From Lytechinus pictus (lineage: Eukaryota): a stretch of DNA of 64,000 bases. Under the pieces are notes generated by a model. That model searched no databases, had not been told where the DNA came from, and saw only the letters and a list, made by a program, of their open reading frames with translations. The stretch is from positions 39,124,001 through 39,188,000 of the forward strand of contig NC_087251.1 of NCBI RefSeq assembly GCF_037042905.1, written 5' to 3'. A program made the translations under genes and the position numbers. This document shows, in pieces, positions 28,196-40,900 of the stretch; position 1 is the first letter of the stretch; each line of letters starts with the position of its first letter.

Positions 28196-28899
28196 ATGTG
28201 TTCTAACTAAACTCCCATAACGGACCATTAGGCCTTGTTCTTTACAGCAAGCCAAAAATATGCAAACTCAGTTATATTTCTTACATTTGCTTTTGAAGCT
28301 ACATCTTCAATCAGTTAAAATTACATTAAAACAAAATATTAGAATTCTTAACAGGTACTCCTGAACTAATTAATGTTAGAGTCTGGTGTTAAGTTTCAGC
28401 TAAGTACACCAGTAACACACCTAAAGGCCAGCACTACAATTGCATCAGAGGGATTTCTTGGGAGTGTAGTAATGCTTTCAGTGTTCAGGTAGCTGTTCTG
28501 CACAGTTCAGCTGGCAATTTGAAGTCTAGTGTTCAGCAATGGTGTCAAGAGCTAACTCAGTACTGCAGCTACTGATGATCTTCACATCCAAGGTGCTAAG
28601 CACTAAATGCCTCCCCTTTTGTTTAACACTAGTAAAGTGAGTAGTGCTTAGCTATGGTGTTGAGTGCCAACCCCACACCATAGCTACTGAAGATCTTCAC
28701 ATCCATGGTGCCAAGCACTAAACACCTCCACTATTGCTTTTTTCAACACCAGTGACAAGGGTGGTGTAAAACACAGTCTACTACAAATGACACTGCATTG
28801 GTCTAGATGTCAACACCGAACTTGAAATCGCTGAATGATGAACTAAGAGGAAGCAGAAGTGTCTGGTGTTAAGTCTCCGGTGTTCTTCATCGGTAGCCC

Positions 28900-28964
28900 T
28901 CATGATTGGTCTTGCTCTGCGTAGCTGGTTCGATGAGGGGTGGGTGGCGTCCCAGAACTAGAAG
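28900..28964 (-). CDS. CDC42BPA: MRCK terminal coding exon ([21 protein letters not shown])
   Basis: ttttatccag acceptor; TGA at 28902-28900; phase compatible. Confidence 0.8.
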
Positions 28965-31900
28965 CTGGATAAAAAACAATTGGAAATAAAAAAAGTTAAT
29001 AAATCTGACACACAAGATATGATGGTCAACTGTGAGTGTATTATTTGCCAATGAGGCTTACCACTGTTTTTAGGGTTGGGTTTGGCGCATAGCCAAATTT
29101 ATTAGAGACAGATGAGAAAGCTGAAATAAAGAAATTTTTTTTTTGCTAATAATCTATCTTTGACAAATGCTCAAGAGTACACAGGTGCTTGGGGCGATTT
29201 TCCCCAAATGATAAAAAAATCCCTGGGAAATAATAAAAAGATCCCTGTGGAAAAAAGAGCCCTAAAAATCCTGATTCACTGCAATGTTAAAGCTTATCCA
29301 ATGCTATTGATTTCAGAAGCAAGTTGTCAAAAGTAGCCCCCAAAAATTCAAAATTACATTTTTGCCTTGTCAATGACAGAGGTTAACTATAATCATTGTT
29401 AAATGTGCATTGTGTCTGCTAACAACACTTTCAACCTTAGGCAACCATGTTATGCAGGATTCCTTCCCAAATGTATTGGCAAAATAATGAAAACACAAAC
29501 AACTGTTGAAAATTGCAAATTGGCAACAGTTCGGTAGATTGATTCTTTTATCATCAATTTTGAAACATGTTATATTCATACTTTATTTGTTTCAAAGTAT
29601 GTAAATGAATAGAAAATCAGTGACTGTTGCCAATTTAAGGAGAAATTAGTTCTTAATCATTAATTTTCATTCGTGTTATATATCCATATTTCAGAGTATG
29701 AAAACAAAAGGAAAATGAATAATTGTGGCAAGTTTGAGGAGCAAAAATTCATTTTGACCTTATGTAAGCTGCGTACCTTAATGGGAGATAATTCTGTATT
29801 TACTTGATTTCAATGTTAGTTCATTATCGCTAGCAAATTATCACAGACAACAAGATATATCACTGGGTCTAAAAATTCATTATAATTACATGTTCATGAT
29901 GAGCTGCGGTTCCGTGAGAGCAGGAAAAGGGGGAATGAAAGAAAGGTTTTCATCGGTACTTGCCCATGAAAAGCGGACAATTAGGTACCAACTTACAAAG
30001 ATCTGAGTTGGTTCAAAGCAATACAGAGCAGCCTTTGGGGTCAATAAAAAGTGATGAACTTTTCATAATCAACAATATTTTGGTGATTCATAAAACTATT
30101 ATCGTAAATTCAATATTTTATCAATATCGCATAATTTTGATGATATTGAATGATCCCCCAGCATAAAAAACATAAGTCAAATTACCTTCCTCTCCCAAGG
30201 AATGCCTCGGGGAGTGTCCTGAGAGATCCGGTGAATCTTGCGATCCCTGCGAACCGTCCCGTGACGTCAGATTTATCTCAAAGTTGGCTGCCCCCGATGG
30301 CGCTATGCTCAGTTGGCCGTTCTGATCGTAGTCCTTGCTGAGGTTGATGACCGTGTTGGGCCTCTGTTTGGGTATTCCGCGCTGGACAGGCAGCGGCTGA
30401 CCGACCATGCTCTTGATACGTGCAGGCCTGCTCTCAGTTCCCTGAAATATATGACAAAGGACAATGAATAAACTCAGAATTGTTTCAAGGCAGACGCCTA
30501 AGAGTTTGTTTTGTTTTTTACCAAAAGGAGGGGCATCATCTTCAAATTGACTATTTCACAATGTATGAATGATTTTTGAATGAACCCTCCCAAGAGGCAG
30601 ATTATTTACACCCCCCCCCTGCCCCGAAAAAAGTGGGGTAGGTAAAGGGGAAGGAGAAGAAAGAGTAGAAAGAGGAGTAGGATAGAAGGAGAAGGGTAGT
30701 AGGGTTAAGAGGAGGAAGAAGAGGAGGAGAAGAAGTAGAAGTGAGAGCAAGAGAAGTAGTAATAGTAGGACTCTGACCGGTAAGAGTAGTAGGAGTAAGG
30801 AGAGAAGGAAGGATGGAATATGAACAGGACAAAGGAGGGAGGTGGTGGTGATAATTTACCATTGAAGGATTCATTCATACTTACAGGAATATCTTGTAGC
30901 TTTGACAGACTGTCTCCTGGTCCCATATGGGTGATATGACTGAAGTTACTAGGTGCTGATATTATTACATTCCTGTGTAAATGAGAACAAATATGAAAAG
31001 AAAATTTCATCAATATGGATATAAGAATATATATACGGCGTCCTCAGCAAACGTATCATATGAAATTGACAATAATTTCCTCTCAGAGTGAATTTAGTCT
31101 AAATAACTTGCCAAAGTGGGCATACGTAATTGGAACTACATTTTTTGTAAAGACAGAATATCCATTCATGTGCAATGTAATGTCATGGAAATTCAAGGTA
31201 ACTGAATTAATACTTAAGTTCTGCAACCATGTTCAATTAAATCACATTTACTACAGGTAGTTCACAATTAAAAAAAAGAGAAGATGAAAAAAAAAATAGG
31301 AGGATCAACAATTTCACTACATACTTTAATCTCTCCAAGTCTATATGCCAATCTTTATATTATTTGTCAAATATTTTGTCAAATGATGATTTCAGTTATG
31401 TCACCTATAGTTAAGTGACATGGCTAAACTAATAGAAAACAAAGCAATGCCTCCTGTATACAAAAATGTATTATCATTCAATATTTGAAAAGATGTTCCT
31501 ACTACAATATCTAACAATCGCAAAAAGAAAGAGCAAACATATGCTTGTCGTCTATTACTTGTCAGAGATAAACGGGAAAAGGATTGACTATCTAAAGATG
31601 AAGAAAAATCTACCGGTATTCTTAATGCTAGCAACTTGTGATAAAATACCTAAAATTATATTTCTAGGCAGCTGTGCAAGTTGTTTTTTAATAGATTTGT
31701 ATTTATTCATTTCTTTAGTGTCTACTGTGTAAAATGAAGCTTTAAACTAATAAAGACAAAAAGCAGCTCAGTTTGTGCAAACTAGAAATCATGAAGGAAA
31801 ACCATGCATTAACAAAAAACTCTGTCACTTTATCCATTGACGATGGAATTACAGCCATATTTAAAATGTGATTACCTCATCCTTCTTTATAACTAAAAAC

Positions 31901-34900
31901 TTTGAAATTGTTGAAACCTGAAGCAGTCTTGTATTTTCCAAAAATTGTTATTAAATTAACAAATTTCCCAACAGTTGATCATAATTTGTAGAGAAAAAAA
32001 AGTACAAAAATACAAATAGGAAAAAAAAATCATATTGCCACAAAATATCTGTATCGTGCGATGTTTGAAAGTTTGAATACATGCAACATCAAAATATATT
32101 TCATCAAATACAAACATTCATCTTGAATGCATTGAAAAGATTTAAATATTTATACATGTATATGTAATATCATAATTGTTTTCAGTAACATAACAATGCA
32201 TCGACTAAACTCTAGAACTGAATGGTCAAAATGGGGATGGGGCTTGAATAAAAATAATCATGGGTTTGTTATATATATGTATGAATTAAATGACACTGAA
32301 CAATACGTATGAATAATACTAAACACAATTATTAGACCTGTAATCAATGGATTCAAATTCTCAATCTTGTTAAATAATTCACCATACTTCTTCCCTCCAT
32401 ATTACACAATATTATAGATGGTTCATCAGTAATGGTAGTTTCAGACAATTATTTAGGTTTAGTAAAAGTTAAAATTTTACCCCCCAAACTTATGTAGTTA
32501 TCCAGGCATTTTAAGTCTTATGAATGATTAATAACCCTCATTACCACATAACCAGATAACAAAGTTATACATTGTTATATTTTTGTCTAATATCTGAATT
32601 ATCAGCTTATAATGTCAATATAAACATTAATATTTAACATGTCTAGTATTATACAGACCTTATCATTTTTATATTACTAGTGCATCATTCAATACAAAGT
32701 ATACTGCTGATCTGGAAGGTGTCTCAGGAAATAAATAGTCAATTATTTTCACTGACATTTGTTCTAAGCCAATTGGATGAAAGAAATTCAGTAGCTTTTA
32801 ACAGGTGTTAGTTAAAAACAGTGTTGTAGTGCCTTGATGCTCGGCCTTGGCCTTAAGGCGCCTTAAGGCCTACTTTTTCAAAGCCTTGGCCTTGAACATT
32901 CAAGCCTTGGCCTTGAGAGGGCCTTGGCCTTGGCCTTGAGGATTTTGAGCCTTGAAATTTCAAGGCATTTTCAAGGCATTTTCAAGGCTTTTTCAAGGCA
33001 TTTTGTTTTTTGTACTTTCATTTGTTTTTAAATAATTAAGTAATTATAAATGTTACTATGTTATTAGTAATTGTTCTGTATATTCAATGGCACTACTTCC
33101 AGTCAGCAGTAGTAAGTGTACTAGCAGTGCCATAAATTGTGATTATCACCATCATCAAGAATTATCATCATATTCATGTATGTGACAAAGAAAACAGTAA
33201 TGATGAAAAATAGCATTATTTATTGGTAACGTGTTGTAATCATGACTAATGATGATAATGATGGTAATAATCATTATGATAAAGATTACAGTGATTTGAT
33301 GACAGGAATAATTCTGACAGATCTGACAGCTAATTTTGACAACAATTTTTCATAAAGAATAATAACAAGGACTTTCATTGTATTATTTCCTTTGGCCAAG
33401 AAGAATGTTTTAAGTATTAATGATATTCTGAAAAGATTTGGTAAACTGGAACACAATCTTCAATTTTATCATATCCAAATGGGTTATGTCAATGGCATGA
33501 TGAACCAAAAGTTTTGAGGGGCCAAGCATGGCATATATATAGAGCAAAATTTCTGCCAAAAAAAGTTGAAAGCAATTGAAGTGAGCGAGCAAAATTTTTC
33601 ACCCTCTTACTATAACTTAAGAAAAGCTAATTTTTGTGATAGATTGTGACAATATGTTAAGAAAATAATATCACATTTACTCCTTCAATCCATATTTTAT
33701 TGTTCGAAATAGACACCAGAAATGAAATACTCCTAAAATTTGTTTTGCCCAATTGATCGTGGGCCCGGCAGCCGCTGTGCAGCGCCAGATCGACAAGGCT
33801 CTATCCCTTTAATTATTGAACGCCAAACAGGGTAGCAGCAACTTCCATCTTTAAACGTCTTTTGGTCTGACGCGGCCGGGGTTTGAACCCCCGACCTCTT
33901 TTTTTTATTTTTTTTAAATAGTAAATTAGGTTCGAAAATCGCCAAATTTTGGATCGCGCTTGCATCATTTATTGTTTAGTACAGTATTAATCCTATTCAT
34001 GGTTACAAAAATGTTTAGAATTTTCAGGTTAGAATATCACAAATATTTGGTTCCCGTTCTGCACTTGCATCAATTATTGTTAGGTACATGTAAGGTACTC
34101 AATATGTTCCTGTTTACAAAAAAATGTTTAGAATGTCCAGTTTTCAGGTTGGAATATCACAAATTTTTGAGCTCGCGCTCTGCGCTCGCATTATTTGATC
34201 AGTGAGTTATGTATCAATCATATTTATGAGTCACTAAACATGCTAAATGCAGTCCTTAACAGCTTACTTTGCAGACCTGTCAGTATATTAAAAATTTCAG
34301 CTCGCGCTTAATTCTTAGTTAGATGCACATCTTTTTCATGAGTACAAAAACACCCCGAAATATTTAATTCTTATGTCACAATGTCAAAAAGTTTTTGCTT
34401 ATGATTCGCGCTGGCAACATCTCGCAATGATGTCCTTTTAAAAGTGATTAGCCCTGTAATTGACCAAACATCAAGTTTTTCAACTTCAAAATTGATTTTT
34501 TTTTAAACCACTAAATCAAAATATCTGTCTTATCAATGAGAAATCACTAAAAAGGCTTTGGTCAACTTAATTTCCACAAAATACACAACTACTTCACGTA
34601 GTTGATAATCTCATTTTGAAAACATCTGTTTGCACCAAATGCCAATTTTGACATATAAGTACCCTTTTTGGTTTAGACCCCCCCTCCCCAAATAAAATAC
34701 GTTCTGCCGCCCCTGTCCCAGGGAGTGGAGAATGACATACGTTGGGAACGGGCACGCCAGGATCAGATGACCGTGGTAATATTAATTATTGCAATGTAAA
34801 TCACATAAAAAATAATAAATTATAATAATAATTTAATAATAACATAATAATAATAATTATATGTACAAAGGTTACTATATTATTATTTTAAAATAATGTC

Positions 34901-37900
34901 TAAATCTACCATGAAATTATTTTTGTTTTTCATGTACAAAAGTCAAAAATTTTGCTCGCTCAGTTCGCTCGCTCTCACCTATTAAAGTTTGAAATGCCTT
35001 GGCCTTGGCCTTGGCCTTGAGGTTTTCAGGCCTTGGCCTTGGCCTTGTGTTTCCATGCCTTGGCCTCAGCCTTGGGTATTGAAGCCTTGGCCTTGGGAAT
35101 TAAAGCCTTGGCCTTGGCCTTGGCCTTGGAGGTTTATGCCTTGACTACAACACTGGTTAAAAAAATATGGGCTATTTGTTTCATGAAAAGCTCCCCAGGT
35201 ATTAAAGAACCCATTGTCTCAATGACTACATAGGCAAAGAGGCAAACACTAATCATATCTTTGTCTCTCCAAAACGAATGTCCCATTTTGGAATTAATCC
35301 CCTAATTATTTTGAAACCCACCCCCCCCCAAAAAAAAACCACTTAGACACAAGTTTAAAGCTGATCTGTCCAATGGTCCGTAAGTTATCGAAAAAAAAGG
35401 GATGGACGACTGTGCCTCTAGAAACTACCTACAGTCAGCAGTCATGGAAATGTATGAAACATGAAATTATTTTTGAGTGCAATCAAAATTGTTGTGGATC
35501 TATATTAATAAAAGAGGATAATGATCATTTATGTAGGGTGATAGAATAGGACTGAAACAAAGATGACATTTCATAAAATAAGACTTCATGACTAGACAAA
35601 TATATTGACCAACACAAGCTTAGAGAAAATCAATGGAAATTTTCAAATAAGTGTTAAATGAATGCCTATGTATGAAAGAACACAATAAAAATCTACAGAT
35701 CTGCTTCAAAAGAGAGTGAGGATTTTGATATAGCTGGTTCAAATGATGCAATTACATCTCTTGACATATGTGTTCCCGTGGTTGTAAGTTTCTTCAGATT
35801 CAGAAGAAGTATTCTTGTTACCGTAATTGCCTAAAATGTAGGGAATTTTATTCCTATCTGAAGAAACTACAAAATTTAATTAGTATCTACATATAATCAA
35901 CTTTTGATAGCAGTCGAATGGAAAGTTTTTCTTGTCTACGAGAGCATAAATCAAACTCAACTATCTAAGCTTATCTAAAGCTATGCTAAAGAGGCTCCAA
36001 TGTGAATTACACTGGAGTGTCACCTATCAATTTTTCAACTTTCCATCCTTACAAAATTGAAGTGGCCATCATTTTTTTGTGTGTTAATTCTTTGTGCAAA
36101 TTTGAAATTCATATTTCTAAAAGCGCTTGGAAACAAAGTATAAAATGACTATGCTTTCAAAGACGAATGAAATGGAAGACCTATATTCATTACACCATAA
36201 TGACAACTAAAACTAGACCAAGGTCATCAACAATACACATACGGGTAAACAAAACAAAACAAAAATAAAGTTCATATCATAACAAAATTAATACCAAATG
36301 GAGTTACATTGCGAATGCAAGTTGTTGCCATTTTCTACCATTAAAACCATACTAGAATTAATTTTTTTTAATTTTGTGTAGCATTGACTTACAATTATCA
36401 TTAGTGTTACAAAATGTTAATGATGAAGTGATAATTGTTAATATGTTCAGTAAGAAATGCTATCCATTTTCAATTAATGTTTTGGAAAAAATAAACAACA
36501 AAACATGAACAAAATAATTGAATAAACATGAAAATAATTTAAAATCAATATACAGATACTATAAGTTGTAAGCGAATCGGGCTAAAAAAAATGAGTATGC
36601 AGGAGCTAAGTGAATTAGAGTCTGTGGATGAGACTACATACCTGGGTTGAAACTTTGTTGATCTGCTCAGCATACAAGTTTTTGTTTTTTTATCAAAAGG
36701 ATAATGTAAAATAAACATACATGGGTAAAAGACAAGTCTTATTGCTATGATATTTATTAAACTTCTTGCAAAACCAGGCACATGAGCCATTATGAATGGG
36801 ATACATGCAAGTTAACAAAGCAAGGGGATGGATGAATTATCTTGCATGGGATATGTTAGAAGCAAGGATGGGAATAATTAAAATAATACAATAAAAACAC
36901 TCTCAAAATGATGTTATAATAAGGGCTTGGGTTAACTCATTCCAGAAAAAGCCTTTTATATATGTTTCCTCTTCAACCAATTGATAAGTAGGTAACATCC
37001 AATATTTGGGGCAAACCCCCACCCCCCAAAAAAAAAAAATTTAACCATGTATCCAAGGTGGGTCTAAAGTTTATATATCACATTCCAGCATATCCATAGC
37101 ATTTACATTACCAAATATTGTTGGTGGGCTGTTAAAACTTTCTCTCTCAAAATTTAGAAATTCAAAGAAGAGTTCAGAAAAAGCTGAAAACGGTCTCCTA
37201 ATTCAAGGAGAGAATTCTTTCTAGGCCCCCCAAAAAAGGTTCCCATTTATGCCAAAATTCCAACATAGAGCTTGTTAAAACAAAAATATTAAAGGAGAAT
37301 GAAACCCTTGAAACCAGCTGAATCCATATCAAAGAGAAAAATCAAAGAAACATACATGTATTGTTGAAAGTTTAAGGAAGATTGAACGAATAATAAGAAA
37401 ATTATGAGCATTTGAATATCGAGATCACTAATGCCATGTAGATCCTCCTATTGGCAATGCGACCAAGATCTGTGATGTCACACACGTACAACTCCCTCAT
37501 TACTTTAGTACTTATTTCACTTATATTCTCACTTTTATAGAGTCTATCACAAGGTGAGGTGTTCTCTTTATGAGAGGACAATTAAGTACAGAGGTTTCAC
37601 AACATTATATCATTGATGAATCGTTTGTCATATGATTAGAATGAGCAAAAAGAGATGTTTTGGGGTATATTTTCAGCGTCCAAAAGGGGAGAGTTGTTCA
37701 TCTGTGACATCATAGATCTTGGTCGCATTGCCAATGGGAGGTTCTCCATAGCATTAGTGATCTCGATATTCAAATGCTCATAACTCTTCTATTGCTAGTC
37801 CTACTTTACTCAAACTTTTGTTAATCTTATTCTTTGATTTTTCTGCTTTCACAATAGCTAACTTGCTCCAAGAGTTTCATTCTCCTTTAAGGTATGAGGC

Positions 37901-40900
37901 TTTAACAGCCCACCAAGGAATTGCTAATGATGATCATTACTAAAGGGTGGGTCTTTAAAAAATCCCGTGGAAGGCTCTAACATTGATCTTTCAAGGCAAA
38001 AAATATTTAATTTAAAAAAAACATATATTCAGTGTGAGCAAGAAAAAAAGGCAGACAAAACTTACTTCCTAATTTCATCTTTGGACTTGAAGGAGAATTT
38101 TCTCCTGTTGGCTTGCTGCTTGCTAGACTTGACAACTGTTGGGATATTTAACTTCTCATGATCTGTAAACCAAACCAAAATATTGGAAAACAATATTAAG
38201 AAGAATCGAAAAGAGATAAGTAATTGAGAACACTTTTAAGATACAACAGAGAATGCTGAAGATTAAAAAAAGGGGAAATGTTTCAATATCTAAGAAATCT
38301 GGTTGCACTTGATTTGTGCAGACCTCCCAATAATTCAACAAAGAAAATCCTAAAAATATTGCAACTGTACGAGGGAGCGTAGCGTCCGAGCGAGGGCCTC
38401 ATATCATTTGACATTTTGAGCCCTAAATGACCTTTGACTTCATCATCCTCATCAACACACATGTGGTATTACCCAAGGATCATTTGTACCAAGTGTGAAC
38501 ACAGCTGATGCAGAAATAAAGAAAAATGAGGGCAAGTTAAACAAAAACTTTTAAAATTTTCGTAACAGACCAAAAGACACCTACATCAACTGCCGACATT
38601 GGTATGGTGCAATGCACAATGTATCAGAACCAGTTGAGCAAACTCATGTCCTTGAAGTTTTGATTGAATTTCAGATTCATTTTTTTCCCCTTTTTTCTGT
38701 TGTAGTATACAATATTACAAGGTCAAGACAAGGTTACACAATATTATCAAACATGTAGATTTAACTTAGTATATTCAAAATCTATATAGGACTATATCTA
38801 TTTAACTCATTCACATATTAATTTTGATTACAATAAAAATAGTTTGCATTAATAGAATAAAAAAATCAATTTGCAAATTATAAAAATACATAATAGCGAA
38901 TTGATAGTGGCTGTGAGAAGTGACCGACGAGGCCACCATAAATAGCAACCCCAGCCCCGCGGTGCTGGTAGCGCAGGGTTTTGCTTGATCAAAATTACCT
39001 GATACAGCCAGTCGGTTGTGGAAGTACACAAGACGTGGTGCATGAAGATCAGTGACGAAGCTAAGGTTCAAGCTGCCATCCCAAGAGAGTTGTCTAGTCT
39101 GGTGAAAAAAGGGTGAAAAGGCAGAATAATAATAATATAGAGCATTTTCCAACTCAATAAGATGTTCAAGATGCTTCATAGCAAATTAACAATATTACAA
39201 TACATTACAGGTTAAAAATTGAAACACTGAATGAATATTTACCCCAAAAAAATCACTGCTATACAGTTTGATTTTATTTTATTTCTGCATTCAAGATAAA
39301 TATGCAACATATCATCTGCAAAATTGATACATTTAAGTTTTACAAAACAATAGAACAATAATCATAATAAAGCAATGAAAAATAAACATCAACAAGAAGC
39401 ATTATTCAATTGAAAGAAAATATCAGTTTAAATGAATGCAGGAGACCGCCATCGTGAGTGGTTAAGCTTGAAAATGAGGGCGGCCTCGTAAAAATGGTCA
39501 AGTGGGTGCAATGCAGGTGCGGGTGAAGAAGAGGGCAGTTGAATTATCAACTTGAAAAGGGGATGCATATGATTCGATGATTTTTCTTTTAATAGTAGCT
39601 TTCAATGAGTATAATGTTGAACATGACATAATACTGTCTGGAAAGTTGTTCCGCATATCAGGACCATAATGTCAAACTGATTTATGAGTTATTAATAACT
39701 TGGGGTTGGTGAGATGGAGGTTTTCGGGAATGAACAGACCTCTTAAACCTTAACATATTATTAAAGGACGGAGGAAGTTGATTATTAAAATATTTGAACA
39801 TAAAGATAGCTACTTGAATCTAATTGATATCAAAGATTTTTAAGGTTTTGAGTTCATGAAACAATGGTTTAGAGTGAGCCAAGTAATGTGACCCTGTGCA
39901 CATACCAATTGCTCTTTTTTGTAGTTTAAAGATAGAACTGAGTTTAAAAGAACCACAATTTGCCCAGACGACATTACAATATGTTATATAAGGGAGGACA
40001 AACAAATTGTATGATAGGAATAAAGTTTTATGAGGAAGAATGAATTTTAACTTGGAAATTATTCAAATACTTTTGGAAACAGACATTGTAACATGGTGTC
40101 TCTGTTGATTCAAGTCAAAGATTCATCTATAATTACACCTAAAAATTTAGATTAATTTTTCTGTTCTAGGGGGGTGCTGTCAATGTTAATGTAAATCGGT
40201 GTGTTAATGTTATGGGAGTGGTGTCTTAAATACATAAAATGTTTTTTTTTGTATCAAGGGAAAGTTTATTGGCTTTGAACCAGTTTAATACTTTATCAAT
40301 TTCACGATTTATGATATTGTTTAATGAATTAAGGTCTTTATGAGAATAAAATATATTGGTGTCCTCGGCAAATAAAACGAAGGACAAAATAGAGGAGGTC
40401 TTAATAATGTTGTTAGTATGGAGTAAAAATAAAAGTGGGCCTTAAATGGAACCTTGAGGAAAACCACACCGAACTAGAAGAGAATCAGAGTCAAAACTGT
40501 TAAAATTGACAAATTGCCTTCGATTATTTAAGTCGTCTTTAGACAATGACACAGATTGACCTCGTATTCCATAATGGCTGAGTTTGGAGAGTAAAATATC
40601 ATGTTACGTATTCTTTGTACGCTATGGCATTTGTTATTTTGTCATAAATTTGAAGTAATGCCAAGTCTGTTGAATAATTTTTTCTAAAACCATATTGATC
40701 ACAATTTAGAATATTGTATTTGTTTATGAATGTATAAAGTCTTGTGTAAATTATTTTTTCTAGAATTTTAGATATTGTTGAATTTTAGATATTGTGGGAA
40801 GTAAGGAAATGGGACGGTAATTACTTATTTCATGAGGGTTGTCTTTTATAAAGATTGGATTGACTTTTGCTATTTTGAATAAATCTGAAAAATATTTTTA

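Noticed and set aside
28843..28902. Stop-codon readthrough of MRCK
   Set aside because: TGA-GGG is not a known leaky context, and the extension is only 18 codons with no recognisable motif
31614..31649. 36-nt AG...GT-bounded candidate MRCK exon
   Set aside because: In the required phase 2 it contains TAG; no other support (a poison exon cannot be fully excluded)
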